Below are positions 48,228 to 57,657 of a stretch of DNA of 64,000 nt, in pieces. This DNA comes from Ginsengibacter sp. (GTDB lineage: Bacteria > Bacteroidota > Bacteroidia > Chitinophagales > Chitinophagaceae), in assembly GCA_039937655.1 (NCBI GenBank), contig JBDTGA010000006.1, forward strand, positions 20,680 to 84,679, given 5' to 3'. The translations under genes were made by a program, and so were the position numbers. Each line of letters begins with the position of its first letter. Within the stretch, counting starts at the first letter, position 1. Below the pieces are notes generated by a model. That model was not told the origin of the DNA. It saw nothing but the letters and a program-made list of their open reading frames with translations, and made no database searches.

Positions 48228-48569
48228 ATGTCAGATCTTATCAAAGAATTTAATGACTATCGTGAAAAAATGAACGAGGTTATTTTAAGCAAAAACAATC
48301 TTGTAATAAAGCGCCTGTGGAATCTGGATACCAATACTTATGAAGACGGATCGCTGGACAAAAAAACGAAAGAGATGCTGGGGCTGGTAGCCAGTATGGT
48401 TTTACGTTGTGATGATTGTATAAAATATCATTTGGGAAAAACACACGAGCTGGGGGTTACAACCAAAGAGATGTATGAAATATTTTCAGTGGCCAATATC
48501 GTGGGGGGTACCATTGTGGTTCCTCACACACGCCGTGCTGCAGAATACTGGGAAGAGTTACAGAAGTGA
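48228..48569 (+). CDS. Carboxymuconolactone decarboxylase / AhpD-like family protein
   Basis: 113 aa with a CxxC in an AhpD-like context (LRCDDCIKYH). Confidence 0.75.
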   Translation: MSDLIKEFNDYREKMNEVILSKNNLVIKRLWNLDTNTYEDGSLDKKTKEMLGLVASMVLRCDDCIKYHLGKTHELGVTTKEMYEIFSVANIVGGTIVVPHTRRAAEYWEELQK

Positions 48570-48703
48570 TTCCTCTTTGCAAATTCTATCCGGATTTCCC
48601 TAAACCTCGTCAACGAATAGCGATTTTCGAATCCCGGCAGAATTCGCCAATCATTATGAATTTATTTTGCTTATTTTTAAACAACTAAAGACTAAGATCA
48701 AAA

Positions 48704-49411
48704 ATGGATTTGTTTAAAAACATTTTTTCAGGTGGTCCTAAACGGAATTTTAAAAGACAACTCCATAATGTACTTGGTTTTTCTCCTCATCATTTAAATC
48801 TGTATAAAACCGCATTAAGTCACCGATCGGTAAGAGAAGGTGCCGACGAAAACAATGAACGCCTTGAGTATCTCGGAGATGCTGTGATCAGTACCATTGT
48901 CGCACATTATCTTTTTATGCGTTACCCCTATAAAGACGAAGGCTTTCTTACAGAGATGCGAAGCAAAATGGTAAACAGAAATCAATTAAACGATATCGCA
49001 GTGAAGATCGGATTGAAGAAAATCACCCTATACAACCACTTTGATCACTCTTTAAAAGCCTCGCAAATTTTTGGTAATACTCTGGAGGCACTAACAGGGG
49101 CGGTATATCTCGATAAAGGATATTTGCAAACCCAAAAATGGGTAACACAAAGAATCATCGCCCCCCATCTATTCATGCAGGAACTTGAGAATCTTGACAT
49201 CAATCAAAAAAATAAACTGTACGGCTGGGCTAATAAAAACGGAAAAACGCTTGAGTTTGAAACCATTGACGAAACTATAGAGAACGGAAGGCGCTTGTTC
49301 ACTATTGGCGCCGTGCTGGATGGAAAATTAGTTGCAGAAGCCAAAGCCTTTAATAAAAAAGATGCCAGCCAGGTGGCTGCACAGATCGCTATCGAAAAAC
49401 TAAACCTATGA
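48704..49411 (+). CDS. rnc: Ribonuclease III
   Basis: 235 aa with the signature NERLEYLGDAV and a C-terminal dsRBD. Confidence 0.9.
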   Translation: MDLFKNIFSGGPKRNFKRQLHNVLGFSPHHLNLYKTALSHRSVREGADENNERLEYLGDAVISTIVAHYLFMRYPYKDEGFLTEMRSKMVNRNQLNDIAVKIGLKKITLYNHFDHSLKASQIFGNTLEALTGAVYLDKGYLQTQKWVTQRIIAPHLFMQELENLDINQKNKLYGWANKNGKTLEFETIDETIENGRRLFTIGAVLDGKLVAEAKAFNKKDASQVAAQIAIEKLNL

Positions 49412-50451
49412 TGAAATTCGGGATAATAGGAAGTGGGAGCTGGGGTACCGCACTTGCCAAAATATTAACGGATAATAAAAACAAAATCAACTGGTGGTTG
49501 CGCAGTGATTCAAATATCAATAGCTTTAAACGGCGCCACCACAATCCCCAATATTTAAGTTCAGCCCTTTTTGACACAGGCCTTATTAACTTTTCTACCT
49601 CTGCAGAAGAAGTAATTCAGCAGAGTGATGTCATTATTATCGTAGTGCCTTCAGCCTTTGCAGCCAACGCGCTTTCAAACCTTCCGTCAAAAACTTTTGA
49701 CGGAAAGAAAATTGTTTCCGCAGTGAAAGGGATTCTTCCCCAGCAAAATGTACTGTTGAATGATTTTCTAAAAAAAGAATTCGATGTGTCGCTCAATAAT
49801 TATTTCACCGTGCTCGGTCCTTGCCATGCCGAAGAAGTAGCTGCAGAAAAACTATCCTATTTAACGTTCTCTGGTATTGATGAAGAAATGACAAAAGAAA
49901 TTTCTTATCATTTTAAAACACCTTACTTAAATACTCTTCACAATACTGATATATACGGAGTGCAGTATGCCGCTATTTTAAAAAATATTTATGCAATCGG
50001 CGCTGGTATCGCTCATGGCCTCGATTATGGAGATAATTTTTTAAGTGTTCTCATTGCCAACAGCGCCGATGAGATGGCGGGTTTCTTAAGAAAAGCAGGA
50101 ATACAAAATGTGGAAGTAGGCTCTATAGAACATAAACCCAAAGGCACAGACGTAAAGCCACGAACTAATTATGCCGCTTCCGTTTATCTCGGCGATCTGT
50201 TAGTTACCTGCTATTCATTGTACAGCCGCAACCGTACCTTTGGAACCATGATCGGTAAAGGGTATTCGGTACAATCAGCGCAATTAGAAATGAGCATGGT
50301 AGCCGAAGGATATAATGCCAGCAAGTGCATGTATATAATTAATCAAAAAGTAAAAGCAGAAATGCCGATTGCGGAAACCATTTATAAAATATTATGGAAT
50401 GAATTACGGGCAGACAAGGGGTTTGAAGAGATTGAAGGCGTGCTGGTTTAG
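49408..50451 (+). CDS. gpsA: NAD(P)H-dependent glycerol-3-phosphate dehydrogenase
   Basis: 347 aa with the N-terminal Rossmann motif GSGSWGTALA. It overlaps rnc by 4 nt (ATGA). Confidence 0.9.
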   Translation: MMKFGIIGSGSWGTALAKILTDNKNKINWWLRSDSNINSFKRRHHNPQYLSSALFDTGLINFSTSAEEVIQQSDVIIIVVPSAFAANALSNLPSKTFDGKKIVSAVKGILPQQNVLLNDFLKKEFDVSLNNYFTVLGPCHAEEVAAEKLSYLTFSGIDEEMTKEISYHFKTPYLNTLHNTDIYGVQYAAILKNIYAIGAGIAHGLDYGDNFLSVLIANSADEMAGFLRKAGIQNVEVGSIEHKPKGTDVKPRTNYAASVYLGDLLVTCYSLYSRNRTFGTMIGKGYSVQSAQLEMSMVAEGYNASKCMYIINQKVKAEMPIAETIYKILWNELRADKGFEEIEGVLV

Positions 50452-50533
50452 CGTAGATAGAGGGCTGCTTTGTGCGTACGACTGGTTTAAAAATTTATTC
50501 TTCATTCCCCAAAAAGAATGAGTATATCAATTC

Positions 50534-51997
50534 ATGGAAAAAAGGATGAAAAAAAAAGAAATTTTAAAAGAACCGTTGCCGGATAGTATTCGTAGCAGGA
50601 GACTGGGGATATTTATTTCTCTTTTTGTTATCTTTTCTGCCTCTCTATTTTTTTCCTGCAAAAAAGATTCTTACATCACAAGCCCGGATGCAAGTTTATA
50701 TACCAGTGCCGACACATTATCTTTTGATACTGTTTTTACAAGCGTTGGTTCCGTAACACAATCTTTCAAAATATTTAATAACAATAATCAAAAACTTCGT
50801 CTATCCCGGGTTGCGCTTTCAGGAGGGTTGTCATCACCATTCAAAATAAATATAGACGGAACGTCTGCCCCCGAAGCAGATAACATAGAAATAAATCCAA
50901 ACGATAGTATGTACATCTTTGTACAGGTAAATGGGAACCCTAACGGAGCTACTCTTCCTTTCATCCTCAGCGACAGTATCCGGATAGATTATAATGGGAA
51001 TAAAAAATTTGTACAATTACAGGCCTACGGCCAAAACGCCGTTTTTCTGAAAAAGGCACAACTCACAGGAAATGTGACATGGGACAAGACGCTGCCTTAC
51101 GTGATCATCGGAGGAATACAAATAGACGCCGGTTCCACACTCACAATCTCTGCCGGAACAAAAATCTTTTTACACGCAGATGCTCCATTTCTGGTGGATG
51201 GTACATTAAAAATAAATGGAACGAAAGAGGGGCCCGTTATTTTCACGGGAGACAGAATGGACGAAGATTACAAAGACCTACCAGCGAGTTGGCCCGGAAT
51301 TTATTTTCGTGGTACGAGTGAAAATAATACTCTGAAACATACCATCATAAAAAATGCTTACCGGGGAATCATTGTACAAGACCTTTCTTCAACACCTAAC
51401 CCAAAACTCAATTTATCCCAATGTATTATTGACAACATTTATGATGCAGGAATCACAGGGATCAATACCAATATCTACGCAGATAATTGTCTCATCTCTA
51501 ATTGCGGAAGCAATCTGTCGCTTGCCATGGGCGGTGATTACCGTTTCATAAACTGCACGGTTGCCTCCTATAATAACACATACATTACTCATAAAAATCC
51601 TGTTCTGCAATTATCAGATTCTTACATAGAAGGTGCCACCGTTTATTATGCGGCATTAAATGCTCTTTTTCAAAATTGTATTTTTTGGGGAGATGGCGGA
51701 ACCGTTGATGATGAAATCACAACAAATAAACAAGGCCCAAACGCATTCTCCGTTTCTTTCGATCACGTTTTGTACAAAGCTAAAAATGACATCAGCAACG
51801 CGACATTCATTTCTTCCATAAAAAACGAGCAACCTATGTTCGACAGCATTGATGCATCAAGGAACATTTATGATTTTCATTTTAATAATCATCCCAACTC
51901 GCCTGCTGTAAATGCAGGAGTGGTTACCCCATTTCTTTATGACCTGGAAGATAAATTAAGAGGAGCAACGCCAGATATTGGGTGTTACCAGAGATGA
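50534..51997 (+). CDS. Lipoprotein with right-handed parallel beta-helix-like repeats, function unknown
   Basis: 487 aa with a lipobox-like LFFSCKKDS and repeated N/G/I-rich beta-helix-like segments. Confidence 0.65.
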   Translation: MEKRMKKKEILKEPLPDSIRSRRLGIFISLFVIFSASLFFSCKKDSYITSPDASLYTSADTLSFDTVFTSVGSVTQSFKIFNNNNQKLRLSRVALSGGLSSPFKINIDGTSAPEADNIEINPNDSMYIFVQVNGNPNGATLPFILSDSIRIDYNGNKKFVQLQAYGQNAVFLKKAQLTGNVTWDKTLPYVIIGGIQIDAGSTLTISAGTKIFLHADAPFLVDGTLKINGTKEGPVIFTGDRMDEDYKDLPASWPGIYFRGTSENNTLKHTIIKNAYRGIIVQDLSSTPNPKLNLSQCIIDNIYDAGITGINTNIYADNCLISNCGSNLSLAMGGDYRFINCTVASYNNTYITHKNPVLQLSDSYIEGATVYYAALNALFQNCIFWGDGGTVDDEITTNKQGPNAFSVSFDHVLYKAKNDISNATFISSIKNEQPMFDSIDASRNIYDFHFNNHPNSPAVNAGVVTPFLYDLEDKLRGATPDIGCYQR

Positions 51998-52157
51998 TGT
52001 TTCAAAAAAGAAATCTTTAATAATCGTTCACTTGCCGTTTATCTCTTCGCAATGCTGCCTGCTACTATTTAAAAAAATAATTATATCCTCTGCCCCTTTG
52101 TCATCAGATTTATAGGTATATACATTGTCTTTTTCATAAGCTGCACTTCAGATTATT

Positions 52158-52656
52158 TGTATTTAGGGTCTGCTGATTATGTCAAGAACTAATCATAAAC
52201 ATGAAATGAGCCGATATCTCACAGCTATTCATATTTCAGCTCATGTTATATGAAAAGCTAAAAATAGGGCCTAAAATTTCTTGATAAGGTACGGTCTGTA
52301 TTATGAGATAGAAAGTATGCTATTCAGCTAAGAGTCCCCGTGGCGCGGGCCGGACAAATCCCGAAAGCTTTCGGAAGAGCGATCAGGTCCATTGATTTTT
52401 TTGCCTGCCCCGATTACCTTCGGGGTTTCTTCTGAGCGAAGTCGAAGTGCATCAAGGCAAAAGAAAAAACAAAGAAACAGCAATAACAAAAGAGATTTTC
52501 GAAACCCTCAGGGATTACCTTCACTAGATATAATCTGAGATTAGGTGTAAAGGTTTTCGATGCAATCATAGTATTTCCTTGCACTCGATTACGGTGAAAT
52601 TCAACGGGAAGCAAGACTGTAAAAAATTCTCATTTAATCGGCAGACCCTATTTACA
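52158..52656 (+). ncRNA. Candidate large structured ncRNA (~490 nt) of unknown class; the alternative reading is a MITE-like element with terminal inverted repeats
   Basis: A 715-bp ORF-poor gap between convergent genes. A 16-bp closing helix pairs 52164-52179 with 52635-52650; its single U-G fits only the plus-strand RNA. Several internal helices and a GC-rich island (52331-52460) lie within it. Confidence 0.4.
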
Positions 52657-52714
52657 TGACGAAAATATTGCTTGTAGTATCTTCTCATAAACCAATCCCG
52701 GAGAAATTTTTTGT

Positions 52715-53410
52715 TTAAAAATTCATATAATCATCCACAATCATGTCCGCAATTGAAAGCTCTTCTCTGGTTTGTGTCGTAGCAATAGCGATCACTTTCA
52801 TCCCTGCGGCTTTTGCAGATTTTATCCCTACAACCGCATCTTCAAAAACCAGACAGTTTTTTGGTAAAACATTCAATAAGGACGCCGTTTTGAGATAGAT
52901 TTCTGGATCGGGTTTCCCTTTGGTAATATGTGAAGAGTTGACAACTGCTTTAAAATATTTTTGGATCGGGACATTTTGAAACATAAAATCTATATTTGGC
53001 TGAATGCCAGATGTGGCAATTGCCATCGGAATATTTTTATCCTTCAACATTTCCAAAAAATCAAGTAATCCTTTTACCGGCTTAATAAAGGGTTCATATA
53101 TTTTTCTGTAAACCGCTTCTTTTTCCAAAGAGTATTTCAATATTTCTTCCTCACTCAATTTTCTTTCGTAGATATACTCAATTACGTCTTTATTGGTGCG
53201 GCCGTTGATGTTTTTATTGTATTCTTCTTCCGAAATATGTCGTCCGATATTCTTTAAATATTCCAGCCAGCTTTTAAGATGGTACGGGTTATTGTCCAAT
53301 AAAGTTCCATCAAGGTCAAAGATTACCGCTTGAGTGTCAAACCTCTTCAAAATCGTGTTTACCCTTTTCTGCAGCCCGTTCTCAGTAGTTTCTGTCATTA
53401 ATTCAATCAT
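52715..53410 (-). CDS. HAD-superfamily hydrolase (beta-phosphoglucomutase-like subfamily IA)
   Basis: 231 aa with motif I (FDLDGTLLDN), TSG, and KGKPDPEIY followed by FEDAVVG. Confidence 0.8.
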   Translation of the reverse strand: MIELMTETTENGLQKRVNTILKRFDTQAVIFDLDGTLLDNNPYHLKSWLEYLKNIGRHISEEEYNKNINGRTNKDVIEYIYERKLSEEEILKYSLEKEAVYRKIYEPFIKPVKGLLDFLEMLKDKNIPMAIATSGIQPNIDFMFQNVPIQKYFKAVVNSSHITKGKPDPEIYLKTASLLNVLPKNCLVFEDAVVGIKSAKAAGMKVIAIATTQTREELSIADMIVDDYMNF

Positions 53411-53595
53411 TTAAGCACGCAAAGTTCGGATAAAATATCATGGAATCTTTAGCAGAGCATTTTTTTGCGAATCCGTATCTTTATAAAAGTTTTATAAAAC
53501 GGAACATACAAATTATCGGGTAGTTTAATTAAAATATGAAGATACTTTTTATGTAAAATCCTACTTAGACCTAAAAAAACAATAAAAAATCAGAC

Positions 53596-54189
53596 ATGAA
53601 AAAGATATTTTATGCAGTTATTGCCCTGCTATTGTTTTCTTTTATTATTCCCACATCAACTTCAAATATCATGAAATCTGAAACCATCTATCAATTTAAA
53701 GTACCAGGATTAACCGGTGGTACCATTGATTTCTCTCAATTTAAAGGAAAAGTGTTACTGGTGGTAAATACCGCTTCCAAATGTGGCAACACCCCTCAGT
53801 ATGATGACCTGGAAAATTTATACAAAAAATACAAAGACAAACTGGTTATTGTGGGTTTCCCTGCCAATAATTTTGGTGGCCAGGAACCCGGCACCAATAC
53901 CGAGATCGAAGAATTTTGCAAGAAGAATTACGGGGTTACTTTCCCGATGGCAGCGAAGGTTTCTGTAAAAGGAGAAGACATGGCACCTATCTATAAATAT
54001 TTGGTCGCAACAGCGGAGAGCAATGGTTTTTCTGATCCTATCAAGTGGAATTTCACAAAATTTCTATTTGATGAAAATGGAAAATTCCTCACTGTGTTTT
54101 TTAACAGAGACAGGCTGATACCTAATAACCCTAATGAAAAAGGAAAGGAAGCTTATGAGAAATTATTAAATTACCTGAATTATTTTTAA
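53596..54189 (+). CDS. Glutathione peroxidase (Cys-type)
   Basis: 197 aa with a signal-like N-terminus and the motifs NTASKCG, FPANNFGGQEPG and WNFTKFL. Confidence 0.85.
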   Translation: MKKIFYAVIALLLFSFIIPTSTSNIMKSETIYQFKVPGLTGGTIDFSQFKGKVLLVVNTASKCGNTPQYDDLENLYKKYKDKLVIVGFPANNFGGQEPGTNTEIEEFCKKNYGVTFPMAAKVSVKGEDMAPIYKYLVATAESNGFSDPIKWNFTKFLFDENGKFLTVFFNRDRLIPNNPNEKGKEAYEKLLNYLNYF

Positions 54190-54336
54190 AAAAGTACTCT
54201 CAAATTAAAATAAAAGAGTAAGCCTTTTACATTTCGCTTTTGATAGCGAGCTTACCATTTTATAGTTATTTTGTACCAATCTATAATTCAGTATTACTCC
54301 ATATTCACCCTATAAGGTTTCTGCAATACACGTTTC

Positions 54337-55575
54337 ATGCAATTCGAAAATATAATAGCCCAACAACAAGTAAAACACCAATTAAAAGAACTGGTGCTAA
54401 GGAATCGCCTTTCTCATGCACTTCTTTTTCTTGGTAAGGAGGGAAGTGGCGCATTGCCACTGGCCATTGCTTTCGCTCAATATGTTCTTTGTGAAAAAGT
54501 AAATCCGAAAATGCAGCAGCCCAACGCCAATCCTCTATTTGGCACAGAAGAAACGGATACCATTGATGCAGGTTTGGAAGATAGTTGTGGTGTATGTGCC
54601 TCTTGCAATAAAGTAAATCAATTGATTCACCCCGATTTGCATTTTTCTTATCCCGCCTTAAAAAGAGACAGCAAACATGACCGCGTTTTAAGTACTGATT
54701 ATATCACAGAGTGGCGCGAATTCATTGCCCAACAACCTTACGGGAATGGAGCAGATTGGATCAATTTTCTGAAAGAAAGTCCGTCGGCGAAAATAGAAAA
54801 TCCCGTCAATAAACAAGGTAATATCACCGTATCAGAATGTGACGACATCTCACATAAGCTTAGCCTGAAATCATTTGAAGGCCAGTACAAGATATTGATC
54901 ATGTGGATGCCCGAATTTTTAGGCCAATCAGGAAATAAATTACTGAAACTAATCGAAGAGCCGCCACCCAATACCTTGTTTCTTTTTGTTGCTGAGGATG
55001 AGAGTGCCATTTTACCAACCATATTGTCAAGAACCCAATTGATAAAAATCCCTTTGCTTTCAAATGAAGGAATAAAGGGTGCTTTAATAAACAACTACCA
55101 CATCTCTCCAGAAAAAGCCGCACAGGCAACTGCTATTTCAGAAGGCAATTTTAGAGAGGCACTCCTGTTGTTACAGAACAATGATGAAGACTTTCAGGTA
55201 CAAATAAGGGAATGGCTAAACCATATAGTGAGAAACAATATAAATGCGCAAATAAAATGGATAGATCAGATAAGTAAAACAGGACGTGAAAAACAAAAAC
55301 AGTTCTTGAAATACTTTATCCACCTTATACGACAAGCAGTACGTGTACATTATTTGAGTGAAGAAGACATCGCTTCTATTCCCGAAGCCGAAAGGGATTT
55401 TGCCATTCGCCTGAACAGGATGTGCGGAACAGAAGCACAGGAAGCCATTGCAAAAGAATTGGACAATGCGATGTACTATATTGAAAGAAATGCCCACGCA
55501 AAAATGCTGTTTCATGCGCTCACCATTCGCTTTTTCCACATTATTAAAGATAATTCACTACTTTTGGTTTACTGA
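54337..55575 (+). CDS. holB: DNA polymerase III subunit delta-prime
   Basis: 412 aa with an AAA-like N-terminus (LSHALLFLGKEGSGALPLA), the Zn module CGVCASCNKV and the SRT motif (ILSRTQ). Confidence 0.8.
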   Translation: MQFENIIAQQQVKHQLKELVLRNRLSHALLFLGKEGSGALPLAIAFAQYVLCEKVNPKMQQPNANPLFGTEETDTIDAGLEDSCGVCASCNKVNQLIHPDLHFSYPALKRDSKHDRVLSTDYITEWREFIAQQPYGNGADWINFLKESPSAKIENPVNKQGNITVSECDDISHKLSLKSFEGQYKILIMWMPEFLGQSGNKLLKLIEEPPPNTLFLFVAEDESAILPTILSRTQLIKIPLLSNEGIKGALINNYHISPEKAAQATAISEGNFREALLLLQNNDEDFQVQIREWLNHIVRNNINAQIKWIDQISKTGREKQKQFLKYFIHLIRQAVRVHYLSEEDIASIPEAERDFAIRLNRMCGTEAQEAIAKELDNAMYYIERNAHAKMLFHALTIRFFHIIKDNSLLLVY

Positions 55576-55822
55576 GGAATATGAAATATAGTGGCAATAT
55601 AGGGCTGATAACTTTTTTGAACCAATTTAATCAATATACGTTTTTCTCCGATCGGTTGCCTGTCTGCACGGCAGGGTCTTCTAATTTTACAATTTATTTT
55701 TTTGCTAACCATTTTCCTGTTTTTGTAAAATTGACGGAGCATTGATACAAGAAAGTTGTGCTGCTGCTCGGTGAGCCACTCCTCATTGAACAATATTAAT
55801 TTACTTATTTTAACTACATAAT

Positions 55823-57079
55823 ATGGGCTGTACGAGTTGTGGTGGCACCGGAAAATCAAGTTGTAAAGGTAACGGTGGCTGTGCTACCGGAGGATGCAAC
55901 AGGTTGAATGTTTATGATTGGCTCGCCGACATCCCTTTAGCCGATTCTGAAGACCGTTGTCAGGTAATGGAGATTTCTTTCAACCAGGGAAGTCGCAAAG
56001 ATTTCTACAGAAATAATACATCCAATTATTTTACAAAAGGAGATGTGGTAGCCGTAGAAGGCGTAGGAGGTTTTGATGTAGGTACTATTAATCTTGCCGG
56101 TGAGTTAGTAAGGTTACAATTGAAAAAAAGGAATATCCAGGAAAATAGCCCCGAGATTAGAAAAATTCTGAGATTAGCTTCTGATAATGATATTGCTAAG
56201 TGGAAAGAAACCAAGGGAAGAGAGCGAGAGGTCTTAATAAGAAGCAGGGCCTTAGCCCGGCAGTTGAACCTCAACCTTAAAATGTCGGAAGTGGAAATAC
56301 AAGCCGATGCCAGGAAAGCCACTTTCTTTTATATCGCCGACGAGAGAGTTGACTTTCGTGAATTGATAAAAATTTATGCTTCCGAATTCAAAGTAAAGGT
56401 AGAAATGAAGCAGATCGGCGCCCGCCAGGAAGCCGGAAAAGTAGGTGGTATAGGCAGCAGTGGACGTGAACTCTGCTCCAGTACTTGGCTTACCTGTTTT
56501 AAAAGTGTAAATACCAACGCAGCCCGTTATCAAAACCTAAGTATAAATCAAACTAAACTTAGTGGTCAATGCGGGAGACTTAAGAATTGTCTCAATTTTG
56601 AATTAGACACTTATCTTGATGCGCTACAGTATTTTCCCGATAATGCAGAAGTATTAGAAGTGGCAAAAGGGCGTGCTTTTTTAGTAAAAAAAGACATTTT
56701 CAGGAACCTGATGTGGTATTCTATGGCAGATAATACCAAACATTATCCACTCAGTCTTGAAACCGTAAAAAAAATAAAAGCCTTAAATAAAGAAGGCATA
56801 AAACCGGAAGCGCTTGAAACTGAAGAAGTTGTAAGTGGTAAACTCAAAGAAGTAGAACCTGAATTCGTAGATGTAGTGGGGCAGATAAGCCTTAGATCCC
56901 TGGAGAAAAGCAGCCGGAAACACAAGAGCGGTGGCAATAATGACCGTAGGAATCAAAAAACACCCCAGGCATCAAGAAATCAACAGCACCAGGCGCCGAG
57001 GAATCAGGGAAATTCTCCGCGACCCAATAATAATAACAGAAACAGGCCTCCTCAAAAACCTAATAGGGATCAGCCATAA
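55823..57079 (+). CDS. ricT: PSP1-domain protein (RicT/YaaT homolog) with a Cys-rich N-terminus and a basic low-complexity tail
   Basis: 418 aa. The PSP1-type core follows holB, as in the B. subtilis holB-yaaT arrangement. The N-terminus is MGCTSCGGTGKSSCKGNGGCATGGC and the tail is rich in R, N, Q and P. Confidence 0.75.
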   Translation: MGCTSCGGTGKSSCKGNGGCATGGCNRLNVYDWLADIPLADSEDRCQVMEISFNQGSRKDFYRNNTSNYFTKGDVVAVEGVGGFDVGTINLAGELVRLQLKKRNIQENSPEIRKILRLASDNDIAKWKETKGREREVLIRSRALARQLNLNLKMSEVEIQADARKATFFYIADERVDFRELIKIYASEFKVKVEMKQIGARQEAGKVGGIGSSGRELCSSTWLTCFKSVNTNAARYQNLSINQTKLSGQCGRLKNCLNFELDTYLDALQYFPDNAEVLEVAKGRAFLVKKDIFRNLMWYSMADNTKHYPLSLETVKKIKALNKEGIKPEALETEEVVSGKLKEVEPEFVDVVGQISLRSLEKSSRKHKSGGNNDRRNQKTPQASRNQQHQAPRNQGNSPRPNNNNRNRPPQKPNRDQP

Positions 57080-57642
57080 TACTGCTGACTTTCGATTTCT
57101 TCTTTCACCACATCGGGCACTAAAAACCGGATTGATTTCTCCTGTCGTATCATATCACGGATATGCGTAGACGAAATTTCAAGAAGAGGTGCATGAAGGG
57201 TATTTATTCTCTCCGTGATCATATCGGACTTTACTTTAAACCCCGGGCGGTTATAAATGTAGATATCATAGTTCCTTAACAATACTTCATAATTTTTCCA
57301 TTTCTTTATATTGCTGAAACTATCGCTTCCCATTATGATGGAAAACCTGTGTTGGGAAAATTTGTCGTTCAGATAGGCTAGTGTATCCACGGTGTAGGAA
57401 GGCTTGGGAAGTCTAAATTCAATATTGGAGGAACGTAACTTTTTTTCACCGTCTATTGCCAGGTCAATCAAATGTTTTCGATGATTTTCATTGATCAAAG
57501 TATTGCTCTGCTTTAAAGGGTTCTGAGGAGAGATCACAAACCATATTTGCTGTAGAGACGTATAATTTGCAATATGATTTGCAATAATTAAATGACCATT
57601 ATGAACTGGATTAAAAGAGCCAAAATACAAGCCGATATTCAT
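57070..57642 (-). CDS. nadD: Nicotinate-nucleotide adenylyltransferase
   Basis: 190 aa with GSFNPVHNGHL (the HxGH motif) and the SSTxIR motif ISSTHIR. Confidence 0.9.
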   Translation of the reverse strand: MNIGLYFGSFNPVHNGHLIIANHIANYTSLQQIWFVISPQNPLKQSNTLINENHRKHLIDLAIDGEKKLRSSNIEFRLPKPSYTVDTLAYLNDKFSQHRFSIIMGSDSFSNIKKWKNYEVLLRNYDIYIYNRPGFKVKSDMITERINTLHAPLLEISSTHIRDMIRQEKSIRFLVPDVVKEEIESQQYYG

Positions 57643-57657
57643 ATAAGAGAATGATTT

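Noticed and set aside
52158-52656. Canonical RNase P RNA (rnpB), based on several short matches to E. coli M1 RNA motifs and a P1/P4-like topology.
   Set aside because: The universal GGAAAGUCCGG (CR-I) and ACAGAAnCCGGCUUA (CR-V) cores are missing. The S-domain-like motifs are in the wrong order. The similarity to the E. coli P1 3' strand is to a non-conserved region and so is not informative. I kept the locus as an unknown-RNA candidate instead.
55569-55859. A 96-aa minus-strand ORF, and a 54-aa plus-strand ORF from 55581, in the holB-ricT spacer.
   Set aside because: The 96-aa ORF overlaps the ends of both flanking genes. Neither ORF has recognisable motifs or plausible start context. They are probably chance ORFs in a long spacer.
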